Positions 39,545-49,505 of a stretch of 64,000 nt of DNA are shown here, in pieces. Under the pieces are notes generated by a model. The model was not told where the DNA came from and did not search any database. It saw nothing but the letters and a program-made list of their open reading frames with translations. Made by a program: the position numbers and the translations under genes. The DNA comes from Spirochaetaceae bacterium (GTDB taxonomy: Bacteria; Spirochaetota; Spirochaetia; DSM-2461): NCBI GenBank assembly GCA_051531975.1, contig JAOPTT010000012.1:64001-128000 (forward strand), written 5' to 3'. The number at the start of each line of letters is the position of its first letter. The stretch's first letter is position 1.

Positions 39545-40929
39545 TTCAGAAAAAAAATGATATAAGTTATACATTATTAGGGCTTTTATACCCCTTTATT
39601 ACAGTTTTACCAATTTATTTTGTAATAAAACCAACAATCTTGATGTTTATTATTCCATTTATACTTCTCTTCCTATTTATACCGTTATATAGGGGCTATA
39701 TTAAGCAGCATATTTATGACTTTGAGGATGCCAGAAGCGCTATACCAAGTTTCATAATTATTGTTTCAGTTTTAGTCACAATAATTCTAAATTTAATTTT
39801 AATAAAATCTAAACCCTCTGCTCTATTAGCAACTATACCAACTGCTATGATATTGGTCTTTGCATATATTTTTACCCTATTTGATTTTATAAATGATAAC
39901 AGTGATAGTGCAATATTAAAAACTAGATTTAACCATATCCTAGACGTAGAAGTTATAATAAAAGGTTCTATAGTTTTTAAACTAATACTGGTTATAACCC
40001 TTATTTTTTTAAATATGTTTACACTACCTTTTTTATGGATTATTGGTTTTTTATTAGATATTGTTATAATAATAAATATGAGAAACAAGCTATATTACCT
40101 TTTTGTTTTTCAAAATGGTACTTTTAGTATACAAGATAGCCCCTTCAGGAGTATTTGGGCGTATATTGTATTATCTATCTCACTTATCATAGCACTTTTA
40201 ACAAGCAGAAACTTTAGTCTTCTACCCTATACATATATTATTAAATTTCTTAATTGGTTATCTTCGTTTGGAAGGGATTATGATGCTGGGGATCTTCCAC
40301 CAGTCAAACCTGAAGTTTTAGATCGAGGCCCTGGAGGAATTGATCTATCTCAAATAGAAACTAGTGAAATATCTCCTACATTACAAGCGTTATGGAAGAT
40401 ATTAGAAGTTATATTTGTCACAATATTATATGGTGCAACAATTGTTTTAGTATTCTACTTTCTGTTTTATCCACTTCTTGCTCCTCTATTTAATAAAAAT
40501 AGAGAGAAAATAAGTTTTAAAGATTATTATAAGAAAATCCTTAATGGAATTATAAACTTTATGAATAATGTTAAAGAAGTCTTTCTATCATTTTTTATAG
40601 ATCATATTAAGGATGATGTTTTCACTCCTAAAAAACATGTGACAATCTTAACTCAGACACAGATAAAAAGAGATAAAAAAGAAGTTAAAGCTATACTTAA
40701 GCAGTATTTTAAATTGACTAAGTGGGCTACTAAAAAAAAGTTAATTAATAAAAGTAACAATTTATCTGTAGATCTGTTTTTTAATAAAATAGAAACGGTT
40801 ATTTCTAAAGATGTCGCAGACGGTTTAACACAGTTTTTTAATAGTGGTTTTTACTCACTAGAAACCATTACAAAAAATGATTTTAAAGAGATTAAAAATA
40901 GAATAAGAGATGTATTAAAGAGTAAATAA
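39541..40929 (+). CDS. Polytopic membrane protein in the moxR operon (possibly DUF4129-like tail)
   Basis: Many TM segments; ATGA overlap with the DUF58 gene. Confidence 0.65.
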   Translation: MIQKKNDISYTLLGLLYPFITVLPIYFVIKPTILMFIIPFILLFLFIPLYRGYIKQHIYDFEDARSAIPSFIIIVSVLVTIILNLILIKSKPSALLATIPTAMILVFAYIFTLFDFINDNSDSAILKTRFNHILDVEVIIKGSIVFKLILVITLIFLNMFTLPFLWIIGFLLDIVIIINMRNKLYYLFVFQNGTFSIQDSPFRSIWAYIVLSISLIIALLTSRNFSLLPYTYIIKFLNWLSSFGRDYDAGDLPPVKPEVLDRGPGGIDLSQIETSEISPTLQALWKILEVIFVTILYGATIVLVFYFLFYPLLAPLFNKNREKISFKDYYKKILNGIINFMNNVKEVFLSFFIDHIKDDVFTPKKHVTILTQTQIKRDKKEVKAILKQYFKLTKWATKKKLINKSNNLSVDLFFNKIETVISKDVADGLTQFFNSGFYSLETITKNDFKEIKNRIRDVLKSK

Positions 40930-40994
40930 AAAAATACTTGTCCCTCGTTCTAGATAACAGTACATTATAATAAATAATTTGAAGGAATAATAAG

Positions 40995-41609
40995 ATGCAA
41001 AAAAAAGGAATAACAACATTAATTATAGTAGGAATCATATTTTTACTGATTTTTTCAGCATATGGTAAATTTAAATCCACATATAACAGTATGGTAATTT
41101 TAGATGAAGGGGTAAAAGCGTCCTGGAGTCAGGTAGAGAATGTTTACCAAAGACGATTAGATTTAATACCAAACCTAGTATCTACTGTTAAAGGTTATGC
41201 TACCCACGAAGAGGAAACATTTACTAAACTTGCAGAAGCTAGAAGTAAAGCTGGAGGTTCTATCACGATATCTGAAGAGGTATTAAACGATCCGGCACTA
41301 TTTCAGAAATTTCAGGAAGCACAAGCTGGTTTAGGTGGCGCATTACAAAGACTTATGATGGTTACAGAGAGCTATCCAGAACTTAAGGCCAGTGAATCAT
41401 TTTTAGCGCTACAGAGTCAGTTAGAAGGAACAGAAAACAGAATTACAGTTGAGAGAAAACGATTTAACGATACTGTTCAGGGGCATAATACTTATATAAA
41501 AACATTTCCAACTAATATTATGGCAAATATGTTTGGTTTTAGAGAGCGATCTTACTTTGAATCATCTGCAAGAGCCAATGTTGCACCTACAGTGGAATTT
41601 GGTAACTAG
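40995..41609 (+). CDS. lemA: LemA family protein
   Basis: WSQVENVYQRRLDLIPNLV, YPELKAS, QLEGTENRI. Confidence 0.93.
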   Translation: MQKKGITTLIIVGIIFLLIFSAYGKFKSTYNSMVILDEGVKASWSQVENVYQRRLDLIPNLVSTVKGYATHEEETFTKLAEARSKAGGSITISEEVLNDPALFQKFQEAQAGLGGALQRLMMVTESYPELKASESFLALQSQLEGTENRITVERKRFNDTVQGHNTYIKTFPTNIMANMFGFRERSYFESSARANVAPTVEFGN

Positions 41610-41610
41610 T

Positions 41611-42276
41611 ATGAAGTTTACTGAAAAAGAGTTAGAAGGAATAAATAACGCAGTTAAAAAAGCTGAGTCTACAACAAGTGGTGAGATAGCAACTGCTATA
41701 ATTAAAGAGAGTTCAGACTATGCTTTTTATGAATTAGCATTTTCAGTTTTAGTTGGAGCAATATATTTTATTGTTATTGTTTTAGGTTCTACAGGTGTAG
41801 AGAGTTGGTTAAAGTCTATGTTTTGGAACTACGATCCAGCATATTTATTAATGTTTACTGGTCTTTCACTATTTTTGGTTATTGGTATTACTTATGTAAT
41901 AACAAATATACCAGTAGTTGATAGATTAATAATTCCAAAAAAGGTTATAGAAACTAAGGTTTACAATAGAGCTATAAGACACTTTCTTGAGTCAGGAACA
42001 TGTTATACAAAAGATCGTACTGGTATTTTAATATTCATATCTGAAATGGAAAGAAAGGTTATATTATTAGCTGATAAAGGTATTAACGATAAAATACATC
42101 AGGAAAGTTGGGATGGTATTGTTAAAGGTATTACTACAGGGATTAAAAATAAAAATATTAACAAATCAATTATACAGGCTGTAGATGAGTGTGGGAAAAT
42201 TCTAACAAAAGAATTTCCTATCGAACCAGACGATATTAACGAATTATCTGATGATATTCAGGTTTTGGAGAAATAA
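41611..42276 (+). CDS. TPM domain membrane protein
   Basis: AVKKAESTTSGEI, TGILIFIS..ERKV.LLADKGI, NELSD; ATG at 41611 just after the lemA stop. Confidence 0.82.
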   Translation: MKFTEKELEGINNAVKKAESTTSGEIATAIIKESSDYAFYELAFSVLVGAIYFIVIVLGSTGVESWLKSMFWNYDPAYLLMFTGLSLFLVIGITYVITNIPVVDRLIIPKKVIETKVYNRAIRHFLESGTCYTKDRTGILIFISEMERKVILLADKGINDKIHQESWDGIVKGITTGIKNKNINKSIIQAVDECGKILTKEFPIEPDDINELSDDIQVLEK

Positions 42277-42277
42277 A

Positions 42278-43057
42278 ATGAAGAGAAGTATAATACTATT
42301 TTTATTGGTAGCTCTGTTTTCAACAACTTTAAGTTCGTTAGAAGTACCAAAATTAAAAGGTCGAGTTAATGACTATGCTAATATTTTAACTAGCTCAGAA
42401 GAGCAAAAGTTAGAGAGTGAGATTAAGAAGTTAGAATCTGGTTCAAGCTCACAAATTGCAATTTTAACTATTACATCTTTAGATGGAGATAACTTAGAAG
42501 ACTTCTCTATTAGAACAGTCGAAGAGTGGAAACTTGGAAAAAAAGTTAACGATAATGGTGTTCTGATTTTAGTATCCCATAAGGATAGAAAACTTCGAAT
42601 AGAGGTTGGTTACGGTTTAGAAGGAACCTTAACAGATGCTAAATCAAGTTATATTATTAGAAATATAATTGCACCTAGTTTCCAGGATGGTAAAACATAC
42701 ACTGGTTTAAGCCAAGCAGTTTTAGCTGTAACTGGTCTAATTTCTGGAGAGTATAAAATAACACCAAACCAGACAAAACAGAGTAGTAGAAAAAGATCCT
42801 CAGGAAGATCTCCGGTTTCTATAATTTTTGTTATTCTGTTTGTTATCTTTTCTAACTTAGGTAGAAGAGGTATTAAAGGTGGCGGTCGAGGAAGAGGAAG
42901 AGGTATAGGAACTTTCTTAATCTTGAATTCAATACTAGGAGGATCATCTAGATCATCCGGTGGTTTTGGTGGTGGAAGTAGTAGTGGCTTTGGCGGAGGT
43001 GGGTTCTCTGGTGGAGGAGGCGGCTTCGGTGGTGGTGGATCATCAGGTGGCTGGTAA
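42278..43057 (+). CDS. TPM domain protein (YgcG-like) with Gly-rich tail
   Basis: RVNDYANIL, WKLG..NDNGVL, RIEVGYGLEG.LTD, ends GGGGSSGGW. Confidence 0.9.
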   Translation: MKRSIILFLLVALFSTTLSSLEVPKLKGRVNDYANILTSSEEQKLESEIKKLESGSSSQIAILTITSLDGDNLEDFSIRTVEEWKLGKKVNDNGVLILVSHKDRKLRIEVGYGLEGTLTDAKSSYIIRNIIAPSFQDGKTYTGLSQAVLAVTGLISGEYKITPNQTKQSSRKRSSGRSPVSIIFVILFVIFSNLGRRGIKGGGRGRGRGIGTFLILNSILGGSSRSSGGFGGGSSSGFGGGGFSGGGGGFGGGGSSGGW

Positions 43058-43096
43058 TTTAAAACTTTTGAGTATTACCTAAATAAAAGTTAATAC

Positions 43097-43123
43097 TTAG
43101 TAGGGTCATAAAGACCCTACTAA
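43097..43123. terminator. Hairpin between convergent genes (likely bidirectional terminator)
   Basis: TTAGTAGGGTC-ataaa-GACCCTACTAA. Confidence 0.7.
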
Positions 43124-43125
43124 AT

Positions 43126-44121
43126 TTACCCTAATATAATTTTATCAATTATTTTTAACTCTGAATCACTAAAGTCCAAATTGTTTTGAGCATTGGCACA
43201 ATCCATAATCTGACTAGGTTTACTAGCACCTATTAACACAGAACATATAGACTTTTGACGTAAATTCCAGGCTAAGGACATCTGAGCAAGAGATTGACCT
43301 CTATTTATTGCAATTTCATTTAAGGATTTAATAATTTTTAACTTATCATCTGATATATCATTACTTTTTAAGAACCTTCCATCTGTTGCTATTCTAGAAT
43401 CTGATGGGATTCCATCTAAATATCTATTTGTTAAAAGACCTTTCTCCAGAGGGGAAAATGTTATACATCCTACTTGTTCCTCTTCTTGAACATCCAAAAG
43501 ACCATTTTCTATACGACGATCAAACATATTATATTTAACCTGATGGATCAGACATGGTGTGCCTAAATCTTTTAAAATCTTAAATGCTTCCCTAGCGTCT
43601 TCTGGTTCGTAGTAGTTAGATATTCCTACATAAAGTGCTTTACCTGATCTAACAATCTGATCCAAGGTCGACATTGTCTCATATAGTGGAGTATCTGGAT
43701 CTCTTCTATGATGATAAAAAATATCTACATAATCTAAATCCATTCGTTTCAGACTCTGATCTAAACTTGATATTAACTGTTTTTTAGAACCCCAGTTTCC
43801 ATAAGGTCCTGGCCACATATCATAACCAGCTTTTGTTGATATTAATAATTCATCTCTATATGGTTTTAAATCTTGTTTTAATATTTTACCAAAGTTCTCT
43901 TCAGCACTTCCAGATGGAGGTCCATAGTTATTAGCTAGGTCAAAGTGGGTTAATCCTAAATCGAAAGCTGTTTTTGCCATCTGCCTGCTGTTTTCATAAA
44001 TTGTAGCATCACTAAAATTATGCCACAAACCAAGGGATATAGCTGGAAACTTTATACCTGAATTTCCACTACGTAAATATTCCATGTTGTTGTATCTGTC
44101 ATCTTTTGCTTTATATTCCAT
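43126..44121 (-). CDS. Aldo/keto reductase, L-glyceraldehyde-3-phosphate reductase (YghZ/MgrA-like)
   Basis: SLGLWHNF, HFDLANNYGPP, STKAGYDMWPGPYG, YHHR; start MEYKAK at 44121. Confidence 0.88.
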   Translation of the reverse strand: MEYKAKDDRYNNMEYLRSGNSGIKFPAISLGLWHNFSDATIYENSRQMAKTAFDLGLTHFDLANNYGPPSGSAEENFGKILKQDLKPYRDELLISTKAGYDMWPGPYGNWGSKKQLISSLDQSLKRMDLDYVDIFYHHRRDPDTPLYETMSTLDQIVRSGKALYVGISNYYEPEDAREAFKILKDLGTPCLIHQVKYNMFDRRIENGLLDVQEEEQVGCITFSPLEKGLLTNRYLDGIPSDSRIATDGRFLKSNDISDDKLKIIKSLNEIAINRGQSLAQMSLAWNLRQKSICSVLIGASKPSQIMDCANAQNNLDFSDSELKIIDKIILG

Positions 44122-44194
44122 GAATAAATAATAACACCCTATTAAAATGCATAACATGGTTTTATTTACGAACAATTTGTATTATCTTCATATT

Positions 44195-45001
44195 ATGGCA
44201 AATAGAACATATCAGTTAGCAATCCCAGAAGATGATATTAAAACTGACTTTGGAATTCGTTTTATTGGAATCAATAGAGAAAAACCTCCAGGACTTGTTA
44301 CTAACCATTGTGGTATTCCTGCACTATTTTTTCTACAAATACATAGTTCTGGAATTATAAATGGTCAAAAAACAGAAAAACAAGCAACAATTATATGGTT
44401 ACCTGGAGAGACCCACAGTTTTGGATCAGAAGAAAATAAATGGTCACATAGTTGGATAAAGTTTATAGGCCAGAGGGCTATAACAATTTTTAATGAATAT
44501 AACATACCTTTAGGACAACCATTCTACCTTAAAAGGGATCAACTATTTGAAAAATATACAACTCAAATTTCAGAAGAGATCAGACCCCATGTAACCCCGG
44601 ATATAAGAATCATTGAAAATATTTATAGAAACTTCTTAATGGAGATAGAGAGGGACTTAACAGAGATAAATACAACATTAATTCCACTAAATATACAAAA
44701 AGTTAAAGACCTATTAGATACTAAATATTACAAAAATATGCACTTAAAAGATCTTAGTGAAGAGTGTAATCTTGCACCAAACTATCTAACCTCAGAGTTC
44801 AAAAATTATTATGGTTTATCAATTATAAACTATTTAATTCAGGTTAGAGTTTTTCATGCCAAAATGTTATTAAGTAATTTAAAACTAAATATAGGTGATG
44901 TAGCTAGAGAGGTTGGATACGAAGATATTCAGCACTTTTCCAAATTGTTTAAAAAACACACTGGTTATAGTCCTTCGGAGTTTAGAAAGAAGGTTCTATA
45001 G
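44195..45001 (+). CDS. AraC family regulator, divergent from the reductase
   Basis: N-terminal cupin-like PGETH...W; C-terminal VGYEDIQHFSKLFKKHTGYSPSEFR. Confidence 0.9.
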   Translation: MANRTYQLAIPEDDIKTDFGIRFIGINREKPPGLVTNHCGIPALFFLQIHSSGIINGQKTEKQATIIWLPGETHSFGSEENKWSHSWIKFIGQRAITIFNEYNIPLGQPFYLKRDQLFEKYTTQISEEIRPHVTPDIRIIENIYRNFLMEIERDLTEINTTLIPLNIQKVKDLLDTKYYKNMHLKDLSEECNLAPNYLTSEFKNYYGLSIINYLIQVRVFHAKMLLSNLKLNIGDVAREVGYEDIQHFSKLFKKHTGYSPSEFRKKVL

Positions 45002-45895
45002 ATTAAAATGTTTAAGAACTCCAGGTTTGAAATGAGTTATATTTGTAACATCAGTTAAAAACAGTTCTTTTAATGCCATGTTTTCTGATAAATATAAAAA
45101 TGGAACTGGATTTTTTGTATGATTCCCTGTTGAAATATCTTCTGAGTTACCATGGTCACTTGTTAATATTATATCTATGTTATTGTTTCCACTATTCCAT
45201 AACGATCCAATAAATTTATTAAGTTTTTGGACTTCAAATAGAAGTTTTTCTCTATTTTTTTTATGTCCATAACTATCCGTAATAAAATATTCAAAAAAGA
45301 CAAAATCATTTTGTTCACAAATATTTAACATATTTTTTGCTGCTTCTTCCGGGGTAATTATATCTATATCATAACCTCTAGCTCTAATAACATTATTTGT
45401 TATGTCTGCAAAAACAGCTTCACCCTTGTTATAATCAGCCAAGAATTTAAAATCTATTTCTGCATGTATAACAGATAGGGCAGAGACTGGTAACATATTT
45501 TTTGATCTAGATTCACGGTTTTTGAAATATTCTTTAGAATACATATTTGCACAGGTAACTTTTAAACCCTTGTCCTTAAGGGTTAATAACATATTGTGTT
45601 CTTTTATTAACTCTATAAGAGGTGGGTTTGGGAATGCAGTATGGTGGTGTCCTAATAAACCCTGACCACTAATCCCTGTTAAAATTGAAGTTTGTCCTGT
45701 TGCAGATTGTGGGGTGCCTTTTATATCAAGAATTGCATCTATAGGTTTTAAAAGATACTTATCTGTTAATTTAGGGAATTTCTCTAATATAAAATCCTCT
45801 CCAGTAATATTACTAAAAAGTTCTATCATAGGATTATCATCAGTGTTAGAACCAAGACCAACACCATCTAAAAAAATAAACAGTAACTTTCTCAT
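44996..45895 (-). CDS. Alkaline-phosphatase-superfamily metalloenzyme (iPGM/phosphopentomutase-like)
   Basis: FLDGVG, PQSATGQT (Ser nucleophile), TDSYGH, TSDHGN, HTKNPVP. Confidence 0.8.
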   Translation of the reverse strand: MRKLLFIFLDGVGLGSNTDDNPMIELFSNITGEDFILEKFPKLTDKYLLKPIDAILDIKGTPQSATGQTSILTGISGQGLLGHHHTAFPNPPLIELIKEHNMLLTLKDKGLKVTCANMYSKEYFKNRESRSKNMLPVSALSVIHAEIDFKFLADYNKGEAVFADITNNVIRARGYDIDIITPEEAAKNMLNICEQNDFVFFEYFITDSYGHKKNREKLLFEVQKLNKFIGSLWNSGNNNIDIILTSDHGNSEDISTGNHTKNPVPFLYLSENMALKELFLTDVTNITHFKPGVLKHFNL

Positions 45896-47226
45896 ATCTT
45901 TACTCCTCTATCTATTTTTTTGAGGAAGTAGAAAAATAGTGATGTTAATATAATACCTTTAAAAATAGTTGTCACAGATATACTATACCATACTCCAGAA
46001 ACACCTAGGCCAAATACGGTCGCTAATAAAATTGATAATGGAATTCTAGATGCAGTTAAACTAACACTAACAATTGGTGGTATACCAGTTTTGCCAATAC
46101 CGTTAAATGCCCCCATTGTTGTAATTTCTATACACATAAATATTTGTGAAATTGATAATATCCTAAGGTAGACTATTCCACCTTGTATTACGCTCTCTTC
46201 CTGTACAAACAGTGAAAATATCTCCCTTGGAAATATAAAAAACATTGCCGATACAATTATTCCAACAACTCCCATTATAGATATGGCACTAATATAACCT
46301 TTTTTTAATCTATCAAACTTTTTAGCTCCATAGTTTTGACCTATAAAGGATGTTATTGCCGCTTGCATACCAGCAGCAGTAACCCAGGAGATAGATTCTA
46401 ACTGAATACCTATTTTTTGTATTGCAATGGCATCTGTACCCCAGTTAGATATAATTTTTCCTATCATTATAGATATTGTTGTAAAAGTAACCCTTTGTAT
46501 TGCAACCGGATAACTTAGTTTTACTATTTTTAGGACTTTATCGAACCTTAAACCTAACCCGGTATAAGATTTTATATTACTACTTTTTATAAATACTATA
46601 ACATAAATTATTGCAGATAGTGTCTGTGCTATAACTGTTGCATAGGCAGCACCCTTAATACCCATGTTAAACTTAAATATTAAAATTGGGTCTAGGACTA
46701 TATTTAATATTAGGGATAAACTTCCAATTATTAGAGGAATTCTACCTGATCCATAACCTATAAATATTCTGTTAAATGTTAGATTTAAATTCTTAAATAT
46801 TGAGAAACTAATTACTATAGTTAAATAATCTATAGCACCTTTATAAATATAAGTTGATTTTATATTAAAAAATCCTATTAACGGTTTCCTAAATATAACA
46901 ACTGTTGTAGTTATTAAAAAACTTAGAACTAATATAATAAATAGTGATGAAAATACACACTCTATGCTATCCTTATACCTTTTTTCCCCAACTGCATGGC
47001 TAACCTTAATACCGGCACCAATAAATGCTAATGTTGCTATTGCATAACTTAGATTTATATAAAATCCGGCGGTTCCAACAGCTGCAACACTATCACTACT
47101 TAATTTACCTAACCAGTACATATCTATTATCTGATACGCCATCTGAAACATACTTGCAGCCATTACAGGAAGGCTGACTTTTAGAAGATTTTTAATTATA
47201 CTACCGTTAGTTAGATCTTTTATCAT
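45892..47226 (-). CDS. MATE family transporter
   Basis: DLTNGSI...SLPV, NIVLDPILIF...GIKGAAYAT, GQNYGA; about 12 TMs. Confidence 0.92.
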   Translation of the reverse strand: MIKDLTNGSIIKNLLKVSLPVMAASMFQMAYQIIDMYWLGKLSSDSVAAVGTAGFYINLSYAIATLAFIGAGIKVSHAVGEKRYKDSIECVFSSLFIILVLSFLITTTVVIFRKPLIGFFNIKSTYIYKGAIDYLTIVISFSIFKNLNLTFNRIFIGYGSGRIPLIIGSLSLILNIVLDPILIFKFNMGIKGAAYATVIAQTLSAIIYVIVFIKSSNIKSYTGLGLRFDKVLKIVKLSYPVAIQRVTFTTISIMIGKIISNWGTDAIAIQKIGIQLESISWVTAAGMQAAITSFIGQNYGAKKFDRLKKGYISAISIMGVVGIIVSAMFFIFPREIFSLFVQEESVIQGGIVYLRILSISQIFMCIEITTMGAFNGIGKTGIPPIVSVSLTASRIPLSILLATVFGLGVSGVWYSISVTTIFKGIILTSLFFYFLKKIDRGVKI

Positions 47227-47282
47227 ATATGCTTTTTAAGATACTGAGGTATAACAGATTAGTCAATTAAAGGTGATAGTAA

Positions 47283-48539
47283 ATGAATTATATAGATTTT
47301 CATGTTCATACAAAATATACATTAGGAAATGGTTTAACAGAGATTCCAGAGTTAATAAAACAGGCAAAAAAGTTTGGTATGAAAGCTTTGGCAATTACTG
47401 ATAGTGGTACAACTAAAGGTTTTAGTGAATTTGGTAAAAAATGTTTTTCAAAGGGAATTAAGCCGATCTTTGGTTGTGGGTTTTATGTTGCAATTTTAGG
47501 TTTAGAGTATAAACAAACAGCCCATATGGTTCTGATTGCAAAAAATGTCGAAGGGTATAAAAACTTAATTAAACTAGCCCAGTTCTCCTACGATAAAGGG
47601 TTACATAATAAACCAAGAATAGATTTTGATATATTAAAGCAACACAATGCTGGTTTAGCATGTTTAACCGGGGGGTTAGGTGGAATTATTGATAAACCAT
47701 ATATAGATGGCAATAAAAATATGGCAATTGAAAACCTACAAACTGTAAAAGGTATTTTTGGTAAGGATTTATATATTGAGCTTCAGGACAATGGTTTAGA
47801 ATTAAATCAGTTAATGGGTAAAGAGCTTATTAAGATAGCAAATGAGCAAGATATTAAGTTAATTGCCACAGGAGGCAGTTTTTATATTAACCCATCAGAT
47901 TCTGTTTTATGTAATAAGCTAAGAGAAGACAATGGAAATAATTTATTAGAAGGAAATGGCTACTATTTTAAATCTGAGAAAGAGATTATACAGAACTTTA
48001 ATCATGTCCCAGAAAGTATTGAGAATACAATAAAATTATATAAAGAGATTACACTAACAGGTCTTCAGGTTATGTCTATTGGTATGAGGCGGAAGGATAA
48101 ACAGGAATTTAGTATAAATATAATAGAGGATATTCTAAAAAATAATGACCATTGCCGGATAGGATTATCAGATAATAATGTTCCTTATATTGTATCGTTA
48201 AATTATGGTTATAAAGATGAATATCTCTATTTTCATTCTGCAACTCAGGGTAAAAAAATTGATATTGCAAAAAATAATTCAAATGTATGTTATGAAATAT
48301 CAGATAACATAGAGATAACTACAGGAAAATACGCATGGGATTATACCACAAAGTTTAGATCTTTAGTTGGAAATAGTAAATTAGAGTTTGTGGAAGATCT
48401 AGAAGAGAAGAAGATTGCTATACAGGCTATTATGGACCAGGTAGCCTCGGTTAAAGATTGGGGTATCCCGGATAAAATGTTAATAGAACTGACTATTTTT
48501 AAAATTAGTACAAAAGGAATAAGTTGTAAAATATCCTAA
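47283..48539 (+). CDS. Fusion of a degenerate DnaE-type PHP domain with a NimA/PNPOx-like flavin-binding domain
   Basis: HVHTKY, ALAITD, GIKPIFG, GYKNLIKL, KPRID, YIELQ (DnaE PHP-like). From 48084: MRRKDK...PYIVSLNYG...LYFHSATQGKK...VCYE. Confidence 0.75.
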   Translation: MNYIDFHVHTKYTLGNGLTEIPELIKQAKKFGMKALAITDSGTTKGFSEFGKKCFSKGIKPIFGCGFYVAILGLEYKQTAHMVLIAKNVEGYKNLIKLAQFSYDKGLHNKPRIDFDILKQHNAGLACLTGGLGGIIDKPYIDGNKNMAIENLQTVKGIFGKDLYIELQDNGLELNQLMGKELIKIANEQDIKLIATGGSFYINPSDSVLCNKLREDNGNNLLEGNGYYFKSEKEIIQNFNHVPESIENTIKLYKEITLTGLQVMSIGMRRKDKQEFSINIIEDILKNNDHCRIGLSDNNVPYIVSLNYGYKDEYLYFHSATQGKKIDIAKNNSNVCYEISDNIEITTGKYAWDYTTKFRSLVGNSKLEFVEDLEEKKIAIQAIMDQVASVKDWGIPDKMLIELTIFKISTKGISCKIS

Positions 48540-48599
48540 TATTGTTAAACCCAATATTTAAGGTTATAGTTATATTAAGATTATTATAAAGGAATAAAA

Positions 48600-49505
48600 A
48601 TGAAACCTACATTATTAGTATTAGCAGCTGGAATGGGAAGCCGTTATGGTGGACTTAAACAGATTGATCCAATTGGTCCTAATGGGGAAATTATAATTGA
48701 CTACTCAATATTTGATGCTGTTAAAGCTGGATTTGGAAAAGTTGTATTTGTTATTAGACGAGATATAGAAGAGATGTTTAAAGAGCATATTGGTAGTAGA
48801 TTTGAGGGGATTATTCCTGTGGAGTATGCATACCAACAGTTAGATGACTTACCTCCAGGTTTTAAAGTACCTAAAGGTAGAACTAAACCTTGGGGAACTG
48901 GACATGCTATTTTTGCAGCTAGAGAAGTTATTAACGAACCTTTTGCAGTAATAAATGCTGATGACTTTTATGGTAAAAGTGCATATACACAGTTAGCAAA
49001 AAAACTTTCTAACTCAAAAGATTCAGATGTTGCAGATTATTCTATGGTCGGATTTGTTCTAAATAATACACTATCAGAGAACGGTTTTGTTTCTAGAGGT
49101 GTTTGTGAACTTGGTAGTAAAAATATATTAGATACAGTTGTAGAGAGAACAAATATTGTTAAAACAGAGAGTGGTGCGGAAGCTACCCTGGAAAATGGAG
49201 ATAAATTACCATTAAATGGTGATGAAGTTGTATCAATGAACTTTTGGGGATTTACTCCATCTCTTTTTAAGTTTCTTGAATCTATGTTTATTAATTTCTT
49301 AGATGAGAAAGGAACTGAGCAGAAATCTGAGTTCTACATTCCTTCTGTTGTGGCTGATTTAATAGCCGAGGGAAAAGCTAAAGCCGAGGTATTTACATCT
49401 GCTGACTCTTGGTTTGGTGTTACATACCCAGAAGATAAAGATCAAGTTGTTAAGAGTGTTAGGGAACTAGTAGAAAATGGTACTTACCCTAATAAACTGT
49501 TTTAA
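48600..49505 (+). CDS. Sugar-phosphate nucleotidyltransferase family protein
   Basis: LAAGMGSRYGGLKQ, KPWGTGHA, INADDFYG, WFGVTY. Confidence 0.87.
   Translation: MKPTLLVLAAGMGSRYGGLKQIDPIGPNGEIIIDYSIFDAVKAGFGKVVFVIRRDIEEMFKEHIGSRFEGIIPVEYAYQQLDDLPPGFKVPKGRTKPWGTGHAIFAAREVINEPFAVINADDFYGKSAYTQLAKKLSNSKDSDVADYSMVGFVLNNTLSENGFVSRGVCELGSKNILDTVVERTNIVKTESGAEATLENGDKLPLNGDEVVSMNFWGFTPSLFKFLESMFINFLDEKGTEQKSEFYIPSVVADLIAEGKAKAEVFTSADSWFGVTYPEDKDQVVKSVRELVENGTYPNKLF

Noticed and set aside
42940..43057. GC-richer GGT/GGA repeat stretch
   Set aside because: It is the ordinary Gly/Ser-rich tail of YgcG-type TPM proteins, not foreign DNA.
47283..48083. dnaE, or a split/intein-containing dnaE
   Set aside because: No polymerase domains or intein motifs follow; only a degenerate PHP domain is present.
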